In this document: piece by piece, positions 15,471 to 26,020 of the stretch
How positions within the stretch are numbered: position 1 is the stretch's first letter
Layout of the letters: the number at the start of each line of letters is the position of its first letter
Made by a program: the position numbers and the translations under genes
Assembly (NCBI RefSeq): GCF_009914755.1
Contig: NC_060933.1
Strand: one strand, 5' to 3'
DNA: 64,000 nucleotides
Source: the human T2T-CHM13v2.0 reference genome, Homo sapiens
Notes under the pieces: model-generated
Told to the model about the DNA's origin: nothing
What the model saw: the letters and a program-made list of their open reading frames with translations, nothing else
Database searches by the model: none

Positions 15471-15775
15471 ATGCCACTTATCCCTAATATAGGGACTCGA
15501 TTAGTTTCTGCTAGTGTGGAGACAAGTCATATCATGGCTAGGGGCCATGATGGTAGGAGCAGTCAGAGGATTTCTTGCATTGTGATGAGTGCCTATAAGT
15601 TAAATGAGCCACTTATCAGTAGATTTGATAGCAGGATAATAGTTATATCACTGATACCTAGGCAGTACATGACACTCGGTAAAGAATAGATTAATCCTCG
15701 TGCTCTTCATCTTCCTCCTAATCTCTTTACCTGTGCTGCCCTCCAGCTTTCAAAGTGCTCTGAGTCATCACTTAC

Positions 15776-16179
15776 ACAGTGTTCCTTAGCTGCCCCTTCA
15801 GTGAGCCAGTGTTTCTGTGCCCCAGTGTTCCTGAGAGTTAGAACACAGAAAACAGAGCAGGCTCTTGCCCACATCACAGAACATCTTTGTCTCCCTGTGG
15901 ATCCCGCACATTTGTTCATTAGAGCTCAGGAATTGCCAGAGACTGGCTTTTGTGGCAATGGACACTAGATTCTTCAGAAGAATATTGGTTGAAATCTTCC
16001 TGCTGTGACAATTCCCTGCATGCAGGGCAGGAGTGTGTGCTTCTTCCCAGCAAAGGCAGAGGCAGGGCCTACAGAAACTGTGCCCGCAGCCTATAGTGAT
16101 GGGGTCTATGAGGTAATTCAGGCAGATAAGGCAGGTGAGTTCTTTCTGGAAGGCTTGTGGGAAGTCTAAGTCCATTTTT
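15776..16179 (-). pseudogene. TRIM43: TRIM43-like unprocessed pseudogene fragment: first coding exon (RING + B-box) only
   Basis: [46 protein letters not shown] closely matches the recalled TRIM43 N-terminus ([46 protein letters not shown]). Acceptor ttttcttccctcAG at 16180-16181 and donor GTAAGT at 15770-15775. Frameshifts move CPACRE and [16 protein letters not shown] into other frames. The symbol names the closest family member, not this locus. Confidence 0.9.
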
Positions 16180-16380
16180 CTGAGGGAAGAAAACCAGAAG
16201 AATTTATTCTTATGCCACAGAGAGGCAAAGATCTACACAAAGTTTGAATCAGGTTTTGAGTAGGATTCGCTCACAGGTTTAAATCTATAGCAGGATACGA
16301 TTTTATTTTGCACATAACAAAAATGAAAAACTGAGGCATAGAATTCAAGCTTTGCAGAAAAATGTGTTGGCTCCCTAACC

Positions 16381-16381
<1 letters not shown>

Positions 16382-16419
<38 letters not shown>
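16382..16419. repeat. (CA)n microsatellite
   Basis: Pure AC run. Confidence 0.95.
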
Positions 16420-16422
<3 letters not shown>

Positions 16423-16460
16423 CTTTCCAAATTCTTTCCTCCTGTATGAAAAAAACTTAA

Positions 16461-16852
16461 GGCTGGGCACAGTGGCTCATGCTTGTAATCCAGCACTTTG
16501 GGAGGCTGAGGCAGCAGGATTGCTTGATCCAAGGAGTCCAAGACCAGCCTGGGCAACATGATGAGACCCTGTCTCTACAAAAAGAAAAGGAGAAAAAAAT
16601 TAGCTGAGCATGCCAATAGTCCCAGCTACTAGGGAGGCTGAGGTGAGAGGATTGCTTGAGCCTAGGAGGTCAAGGCGGCAGTGAGCCATAATCCAGCCAC
16701 TACACTCTAGCCTGAATGACAGAGCAAGACTCTGTCTCAGAAATGAACAAAGAAAGAAAAAGAGAGAGAGAGAGGGAGGGAAGGAGGAAGGAAGGAAGGA
16801 AGGAAGGAAGGAAGGAAGGAAGGAAGGAAGGAAGAAAAGGAAGGAAGGAAGT
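16461..16852 (+). mobile_element. AluJ-like element with a (GA)n/(GGAA)n tail
   Basis: ggctgggcacagtggctc...ctctgtctc at ~16740, followed by GAGA and GGAA repeats. Confidence 0.9.
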
Positions 16853-17087
16853 TTACAGAGGTTTTTGAGGTGTTAGTGTTCCCTAAATTGTATGGTCTTC
16901 AGAGGTTTACCCTCCTATAGCTTCAAGGGGTGAGTCCTGACTGGTAGGAAAATCAATCACACTCTTACTTGCCAGTGATTCATTTAGGGAAGACAGCTAA
17001 CTAAGCTCTTCCACTTTGATTATTTCATTTAATTGTAACAACCATCTTATTATGACTTCTTCAAAATTACCCTGCCAGTAAGTGTTG

Positions 17088-17179
17088 GAGGACTCCCCAG
17101 AAGCAGAAACCACCATGCTTCCTGTATAGCCTACGGAACCATGAGCCAACTAAAGGTGTTTCTCAGGTATTTCTTTATA
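17088..17179 (+). mobile_element. MST (MaLR) LTR 3' fragment, copy 1
   Basis: ctccccagaagcagaaaccaccatgcttcctgtatagcct...gagccaactaaaggt...ctcaggtatttctttata. Confidence 0.75.
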
Positions 17180-17273
17180 TCTTTGGCCAAAATTAAAGAG
17201 TTAGGCTTTACTCTCCAAGATACTGCAATGGACAAAAACAAGCCACCACTGTTTTCTAATATTGTTTTCTTGT

Positions 17274-17284
17274 TAATTCAATCA
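17274..17284 (+). promoter_or_regulatory. DUX4-consensus motif TAATTCAATCA upstream of the TRIM43-like exon
   Basis: Exact match to TAAYBBAATCA, ~1.1 kb 5' of the exon on the gene's strand. Function is not demonstrated. Confidence 0.45.
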
Positions 17285-18079
17285 ACAAGTATTTTCTGGT
17301 AAGTTTAGTGTTCCAGAGACTGGTAACCTGGTGATGCACCAGTTAATAAAACATCCTTAAGAGAAATAAAAGTTGAAAAATTAACCAGATGATAAAATGC
17401 AGTAGTGTACACAATGCCACTTATCCACAGGTCTTCTGTGTGTCACCCATGATCCAGAAAATGTCTTTAGTATAAGCCATTGATAAAGATGCCTGAAAAA
17501 TTTACGTATAGAAGACATAGTCACAAAATTATTTTTTTCCTTTGATATCCCTTGTTACTTCAAACAGAATTTACCACTCCAATTCGATTTCTGAATACAT
17601 GGGAGTTAATAGAATACTCCTAATCCATTTATAGGATCTACACTAAGTAAAAAAATTAAAGACATCTGAAAACTATTTTGTGAGTCCTTATAATCCATAT
17701 CAACAATCATGGAATATATTAAGTAATAGACCAAAAATTAATCATCATATTAACCAAAAACACATAGCAAGACAAGATAACTAAATATTTTCATTTGGAA
17801 ATTGGGAAATTTAGTCAATTTTAAAACTCAGCAAATGAGATCATTTCACAGAAGCAACCTAGGTTTGCTGGTAAATTAAAATTATGACATTTTGTTTTGG
17901 TTTGGGAGGGTAGTTCCTCTTCTGTAAATTGTGTACTCACATAAGAAATATATCTATGTTCTCACGGACACTTGCTGTAGAGGTAATAATATGAAGTTAG
18001 CTCAGGGATCAGGGCCTCACAGTGCAGTGCTGGTAGTTTTTTTTTTTGTTGTTTTTTGTTTTTTTTTGCCCTGCACCTT

Positions 18080-18210
18080 GAGTAAAAGTTTCCTGAGGCC
18101 TCCCCGGAAGCAGAAACCACCATGCTTCCTGTATAGCCTATGGAACTGTGAGCCAACTAAAGGTATTTCTCATGTATTTCTTTATAGGAATGCAAGAGCG
18201 TACTAATACA
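18080..18210 (+). mobile_element. MST (MaLR) LTR 3' fragment, copy 2
   Basis: cctgaggcctccccggaagcagaaacc...gcaagagcgtactaataca (LTR terminus). Confidence 0.8.
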
Positions 18211-19846
18211 GCTAAGCAGAGGCCATCAGGACCAGCAAAAGTCTGAGCTGGATGAGAGACAAAGCTAAACTTTGAGCAGCAGCAGGAGCTGCCAGGGATT
18301 ACAGAAAGGAAGGACTGACTCCTAAATTCCAGGATGTCTCCTTTAAGTCTGTAAGAAGCTCAGCCACTGTCTCCTTACCTGACTCCTCTGGGAAAGAGTT
18401 TCCCTAGGTTAAACCATACAGGGATAGGGTAGGAGATGCCATTTGGATCTAGGAGCAGAGGGCAGAGACTCAGCAGGAAGAGTGTCTCTTTGAGAAGGAT
18501 ACACAGTGGAGCAGGTGTGTAGGTTCACAGGGCCAGCTATGGGTAGAGTCGGGTGTACATTTTTAGAAGCCACAATTCCCAAAAATCTCCTGACTATAAG
18601 ATCAGTGCACAGAGCCAGTCAAATGGAGGAGGAGTGGGTCCAGGCAATTCAGGAAGAAGGAAAGTAACAAATGAGTGGTTGCAGGAGGACACTTTTTCTG
18701 TCGAGGTCACTAAACAAAACATTGTCTCCTCCCCTTAACTTCGGAAACAATGGAGGGTAAAAGTGTTGCCTGGGCCCTGGGGGCAAAGGCAGTAGATAAC
18801 TTCTCTGTCGTGTTCTCCAGAAGGGCCCATTCCAGCCTCACAGGCCGAGAAGTCTGTTCGGTTCCCAAGTACTAGAGATGCTGCTATAAGGGACTCCTGA
18901 ATTTCCTTCCTGAACCAGAGGCTGCCCAGCCTTTTCTTCCTGTTTTATTTTTTCCCAGGAAGAAACTTGCCTGTACAATTACAAGGTTCTACGGTTCTAA
19001 ATTCCAATCTAGTCTTCCACATCATTTTGAAGGTATAATATTACTTGTCAAAGTGGGATGATAGAAGATATGTGTGGACATAAATTGTTGACAAGGAAAA
19101 AAACTAAAATCAGAAAATAAGAAAAAATATATGTATGTACAGTGGTTAGCTAGAAATGTGCCTTTTAAATATTTGGCATGTGGTATGTGTGCCTCAATGT
19201 GTACTATTGCACTAGCTTCCCAAATATTAAAGGATGTCTTTTAAAAGAAAAACCTCTTGCTAAAAGGTTAACAGTTAAAATAACCAGAGTGGCACAGGTA
19301 CCAGTCATTAAGTGAAACCTTTCATCTTCCCAGAATAGTACCTGTTCCCAAGCCAGCTTCTTTGAAAATCACTTTTCTCTCCTTTACTATTTAGTTTACA
19401 GATTGTATAGTAACAATACAGAAACCACAATAGTAGCAAAAAAAATAAAGAATATTTTTAAATGAAAACTCACATCCTAACTCTACCAAAACATGAAAAT
19501 TAAACCTGAATGCCTCCCATTCCTGATATATTTTCACCTAAATATTCAGCTCTGGGATTGCATTGTTTTTGGATTGAGTGGAAATTATTGCCTGGTCTTG
19601 AAATCTTCCATAATGTGTGTGTGTGTGTGTGTGTGCGCGTGTGTGCATGTGTGTGTGTGTATATGTATGTATGTGTGGTGAATATATTTCTTTTTGTTCG
19701 GAGCAAAGATTTTTTCAATATGTATATTTATTTTAGACAGATTATGCTAGTAATTTTCTACAAATGTGCTTTTTAAAAAATAACCTTTAATTTAAAAAAA
19801 TTATTCTTACTCAGTGGCCCACAATTGTTAAAAACGCTACTAATGG

Positions 19847-20433
<587 letters not shown>

Positions 20434-20499
20434 TTATTCTAAAATATTCATAAATATTCTCTAGTAATGATAAGATTAAAGTGACAAAGACAAACTTTT

Positions 20500-20790
20500 T
20501 TCCTGTGCAGTTCCATCTCTCACCTTCCTGTAATTTGTCTGTCCCATCCAGCTTCCAAAGGAAATTATTTACAAAATAATGTCTGCATCCTGGGTCTATA
20601 TATCTATTGCCTATGAGGAGAGCGTTTAAGATCTGAGCCATCTTCAAGTCTTATACTTTGTGTATAGCTCTCATGTTTTTGCAGGTTATGTAAGTTTGTA
20701 TACCCTTTCTTTTATTAATCTGTGTATGGTCAGTTCATTTCCGGTAATCTTCAGAGGGTGAAAGGGGAAGCTTTTCACTTCACTCCTACT
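20500..20790 (+). mobile_element. ERV1 (MER34/MER39-like) LTR fragment
   Basis: Ends ttaatctg...gtcagttcattt...cttcagagggtgaaaggggaagctttt...ctcctac, typical of MER4-group LTR ends. Subfamily uncertain. Confidence 0.55.
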
Positions 20791-21015
20791 GTGACAACTA
20801 ACTACCTTCTTACTTATTCAATTTTTTAGTCTATATCAACATTTTTATATACATTTACTTTTAAACAAAATTTTGCATCATTACACTTAAAATTTTAGTT
20901 AACTTTTAAAAAGGAAATTAAAAATAAAATTAAAAATTATAAAATTTTACATAATAAAAATAAAATAAATGATTTATATAAAAATTAATCTGACCTGTGA
21001 AAAACACTGTCCAGA

Positions 21016-21305
21016 GGCCAGGTGCGGTGGCTAACGCTTGTAATCCCAGCACTTTGGGAGGCCGAGGTGGGTGGATCACGAGGTCAGGCGATCTAGACCA
21101 CGATGAAACCCCTCTCTACCAAAAATACAAAAAATTAGCGGGGCGTAGTGGCGGGCGCCTGTAGTCCCAGCCACTCGTAGAGGCTGAGGCAGGAGAATGG
21201 CGTGAACCCGGGAGGCGGAGCTTGCAGTGAGCCGAGATCGTGCCACCGAAATCCAGCCTGGGTGACAGAGCCAGACTCTGTCAAAAAAAAAAAAAAAAAG
21301 AAAAA
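21016..21305 (+). mobile_element. AluY with target-site duplication
   Basis: CpG-rich, with AluY diagnostics. TSD gaaaaacactgtccaga / gaaaaacactatcgaga. Confidence 0.95.
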
Positions 21306-21309
21306 AGAA

Positions 21310-22200
21310 AAACACTATCGAGAGAATAAAAAGACAAATCACAGACTGGGAGTAAAAATTTACAAAAGCTATATCTGGTGAAGATACATTTGTTATCCAA
21401 AATATGCAAAGAACTCTCAGGACTCAATAATAGGAAAACAAATAGTCTAACACAAATGTAGAGATCTGAACAGACATTTCACCATAGAATACAGATGGAC
21501 GATACATAAGCACATCATTCATCATTAGGGAAATGTAAATTAAAACCACAATGAGATACTGTTACTTGCCTATTAGAATAGCTAAAATTTAAAAGACTGA
21601 CCATACTAAACATTGGTGAGAACACAAAGGAACAGGAATGCTCATATACTGCTGCTGGAAATACAGCCACTTTGTCAGTTTCTTTAAAAGTTAAACTGGC
21701 TGGGAGCGGTGGCTCACGCCTGTAATCCCAGCACTTTGGGAGGCCAAGGCGGGCGGATCACGAGGTCAGGAAATCGAGACCATCCTAGCTAACACGGTGA
21801 AACCCCATATCTACTAAACATACAAAAAATTAGCCGGGCGTGGTGGCGAGCACCTGTAATCCCAGCTACTCCGGAAGCTGAGGCAGGAGAATGGCGTGAA
21901 CCCGGGAGGTGGAGCTTGCAGTGAGCCGCGATGCACCACTGCACTCCAGCCTGGGCGACAGAGCGAGACTCCGTCTCAAAAAAAAAAAAAAAAAAAAAAA
22001 AAAAGTTAAACATATCACACCACCTAGTCATTCAAATCCTGCTTATTTGCCCAAGACAAATGAAAGTGTATGTCCAAACGATTGGACAAACATTCGTAGC
22101 AACTTTATTTGAAATAGCAAAAACAACTGGAAGCAAACCAAATGTCCATCAAGAGGTGAATAGATACACTAACTGTAGAATATCCACACAATAAAACTAT
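21310..22200 (+). mobile_element. Old L1 ORF2 3' fragment interrupted by an AluY
   Basis: aaagacaaatcacagactggga...aacagacatttcacca...aaaaccacaatgagatac...gcaaaccaaatgtccatca. Confidence 0.75.
21698..22004 (+). mobile_element. AluY with target-site duplication
   Basis: Full dimer with a long poly-A tail. TSD aaaagttaaac. Confidence 0.95.
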
Positions 22201-22383
22201 TTTTTTAAAAACTACGGGGCAAAAAACAAAAAACCAAAGATAGAATCTAATTTCTTGGTAAATACATTCACTATTAGGGTTTTTATAACAGAGAAGTCAT
22301 TCTTTATTAACACTCTTTTGACTATGAAAATATTTTGACATCAAAAATCTGCAAAATATGAAGAAACAAAGGACACACAGCTT

Positions 22384-22699
22384 TTTCTATTTTTTATTTT
22401 TATTTTATTTTTATTTTTTTGAGAAGGAGTCTCTTTCTGTCACCCAGGCTGGAGTGCAGTGGCGCGATCTTAGTTCACTGCAAGCTGCGCCTCCCGGTTC
22501 ACGCCATTCTCCTGCCTCAGTCTCCCGAATAGCTGGGACTACAGGCGCCCGCTACCAAGCCCGGCTAATTTTTTGTATTTTTAGTAGAGACGGGGTTTCA
22601 CCGTTAGCCAGGATGGTCTCAATCTCCTGACCTCGTGATCTGCCCGCCTCGGCCTCTCAAAGTGCTGGGATTACAGGCGTGAGCCACCACCCCCGGCCC
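22384..22699 (-). mobile_element. AluY with target-site duplication
   Basis: Antisense dimer. TSD aggacacacagcttt on both sides. Confidence 0.95.
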
Positions 22700-23555
22700 C
22701 AGGACACACAGCTTTAAAATTTCTCCTTGGTCTCACCCAGTGCCAACCACCTAAAACCTCTCATTTTCCCCCAGACATTTCTTCTGCCTCCAGGATGGAG
22801 GTAGAGAATCTTGGCCTTGGACCACGCACTGGGGACCATGCTGGGCTGCCGTGGACAGTGATGGACTCAGGTTCTCACCAGGATCCCCAAAATAGGCCCC
22901 TGAAAAAAATGTTACCATCAGGGTGCGCTCCCTGATTCTTGTGTCTGCTGGAAGGAGGAAATCAAGCCAGGAACATTGTCAGGATAGAGATGAAAATGGG
23001 GCTCACTTTTCTGTCTTTTGTGATGTCAGACAAGCCTTTCAGCTCTGTCTCTTCAGCCCTCATGGAATTGTTTGGTGTGGACGCACCGAGATTCTGAACT
23101 GGGTCCCCTTTCCCTCTGCCCTTCTCTGGGGCCAGATTCTGAGCTCTCCATTCCAATTTTTCCCCCAATTTGCCCTTGCATTTATTTATCTGGATTACTG
23201 TCTGCCTGTCCCAAAGAATAAAAGCTTTATCACAGTGGGGATTTTGTTTAAAAAAATAATAATAACAGCTATATTTTTAGGATCCATGACACTGTCCAGC
23301 ATATCGGTGGTATCTGATAAAAAATGTTTGTTGACTGGATGAACAAATATATTATTCACAATTCACATTATCCTGAACTGGCTAGAAAATTAAATATCTG
23401 ATATCAGTATTGGCAATATTATGAAGTAAATATAAGTCTGATACAGTGCTCGTGAAAGTCTAATATGCAATGCTCATTTTAGAAAACATTTTCTTGTAGA
23501 TTTGAAAATGTTTCATCTCCATGAACTAGTTGTATATCTGCAAGTTGTGTATCTT

Positions 23556-24166
23556 TGGGTTAGGCAGAATAATTGCCCCCCACCAAAGACAGCCACATCC
23601 CAGTCTTCAGATAAGGTGAACATGCTAACGTAAGTTAGCATGTTCAAAGAGACTTGGCAGATGTGATTACCATTAAGGGCATTGAAATGGGGAAATTACC
23701 TTGAATTACCTTGGTGAGCCAGTCTAATCTCATAATTCCTTGAGAGCAGAGAATATTTTCTGGATGCTGAGATTCAGACAGATGGCAGTATGAGAAAGAT
23801 GTGGCCTGCTATTACTGGCTTTTAAAACAGTGGTAGGGGGCCACAAGCCAAGAAAAGCCAGTGACCTTTAGAAGCTGGGAATGACCCAAAGTTTACAACC
23901 AGGAAGAAACTGAAGATCTACAACCACAAGGAACTGAATTCTGCCAACAACCCAGATGCTCTTTTAGAGCCTTCAGAAAGAAATGCAGCCTGCCAACATC
24001 TTGATGTTAGTTCAGTGAGAGCCATGCCAGATTTCCAACCAAAACAATTCTAAGACAATAAGTCTGTGTGTGTTTTTTAAAACTGACTCAAATCTTACAA
24101 AAATGTGTTCTTTTAAGCCACTGAATTTGTGGTAAATTGTTACAGCAGGAATAGAAAACTGATACA
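23556..24166 (+). mobile_element. MLT1 (MaLR) LTR
   Basis: ggcagaataattgcccc...gcagatgtgatta...ttttaagccactgaatttgtggtaaattgttacagcag...aactgataca. Confidence 0.85.
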
Positions 24167-25175
24167 ACCCTAGAGAAAGTCTTGTACATGTGCCCTATAA
24201 ACACACAGCAGAATTTTTTTTAACTTTTTATTGAGTTAAAAAATATATATATATAATTTACCATCTGTACATTTTTAGAGGACAGTTTAGTGGTGATAAA
24301 TACATTTATATTTTCTTCTCTTAATCTCCTCTTCCCACTCCCCTTGCTGGCCTCTAGCAACCACCAATTTACTTTCTATCTTCATGAGATCCACTTTTTT
24401 ACTGCCCACATATGAGTGACAACATGTGGTATTTGCCTTTCTGTGCTTGGCTCATTCCACTTAACATAATGGCCTATGTTCATTACGTTAAACCAAATGG
24501 CCAGTGCCACCTATGTTGCTGTGAATGACAGAATTTCATTCTTCTTTGTTTCTGAGTAGTATTGCATTATGTATATATATGACTTTTAAAATCTATTCAT
24601 TTGTTGATGAGCACTTACGTTGATTCCATATTTTGTCTATTGTGAATAGTGCTGCAGTACACATCGGCATGTAGATATGTCTTTGATACATTAATTTCCT
24701 TTATTTTGGATATATATCCAGTAAAGAAATTGCTGGACCACATGGTAGTTCTATTTTTACTTTTTTGAGGAACCTCCATACTATTCTCCATAGTGGCTTT
24801 ATTAATGTGGATTCCCACCAACAGTGTACTAGTATTTCCCTTTCTCCACATCCTTGCCAGCATCTGTTATTGCCTGTCTTTTTGAAACAAGTCATTTCAA
24901 CCAAGGTGAGATGATATTGCATTGTGATTTTGATTTGCATTTCTTTGACGATTAGTGATACTGAATATTTTTTGTCTTCCTATTGGCCATTTGTTTGTCT
25001 TCTTTTGAGAAAATATCTGTTCAGATCTTTAGTCCATTTTTAAATTGTATTTATTTATATATTTTTAACTATTTTTTTTGAGAAGTAAGGTCTTGCTTTG
25101 TCACCCAAGCTAAAGGGCAGTAGCATAATCATAGCTCACTGTAACCTCAAACTCCTGGGATTAAGAAATCCTCCT

Positions 25176-25480
25176 GACCGGGCGCGGTGGCTCACGCCTG
25201 TATTCCCAGCAATTTGGGAGGCAGAGGTGGGCGGATCACGAGGTCAGGAGATCGAGACCATCCTGGCTAACACGGTGAAACCCCATCTCTACTAAAAATA
25301 CAAAAAATCAGCCGGGCTTGGTGCCGGGCGCCTGTAGTCCCAGCTACTCAGGAGGCTGAGGCAGGAGAATGGCGTGAACCCCGGGGGAGCAGAGCCTGCA
25401 GTGAGCCGAGATCACGCCACTGCACTCCAACCTGGGCGACAGCGAGACTCCATCTCATAAAAAAAAAAAAAAAAAAAAAG
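25176..25480 (+). mobile_element. AluY inserted into an antisense Alu monomer (25071-25510)
   Basis: TSD AAGAAATCCTCCT at 25163-25175 and 25478-25490. The host Alu resumes with acctcagcct. Confidence 0.95.
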
Positions 25481-25782
25481 AAATCCTCCTACCTCAGCCT
25501 CTTCAGTAGCCCATTTTTCAATCAGATTTTTTGTTTGTTTATTATTGAGTTGTTTGAGCTCCTTATATATTCTACTTGTTAATCCTTTGTCAGATAGATA
25601 GTTTGAAAATATTTTGTCCCATTCTGTGCTTGGCTCTTCACTTTGTTGATTGTTTCCTTTGCTTGAGGCTTTTTAGTTTGATATAATCCCATTGTCTATT
25701 TTTGCTTTTGTTGCCTGTGCTTCCGAGGTCTTACGCAAAAAAATCTTTGCCCAGACTAATGTCCTGGAGCATTTCTCCTATG

Positions 25783-26020
25783 CTTTCTTTCTTTCTTTTT
25801 TTTTTTTTCACGCCATTCTCCTGCCTCAGCCTCCCGAGTAGCTGGGACTACAGACACCCACCATCATGCCCCGCTAATTTTTTTTTTGTTTTTTGTATTT
25901 TTAGTAGAGACGGAGATTCACCGTGTTAGCCAGGGTGGTCTCGATCTCCTGACCTTGTGATCCACCCGCCTTGGCCACCCAAAGTGCTCAGATTACAGAC
26001 AAGAGCCACCGCGCCCGGCC
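25783..26020 (-). mobile_element. AluY lacking the 3' part of its right monomer
   Basis: Poly-T joins directly to tcacgccattctcctgcc and the element ends gcgcccggcc. Confidence 0.85.
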
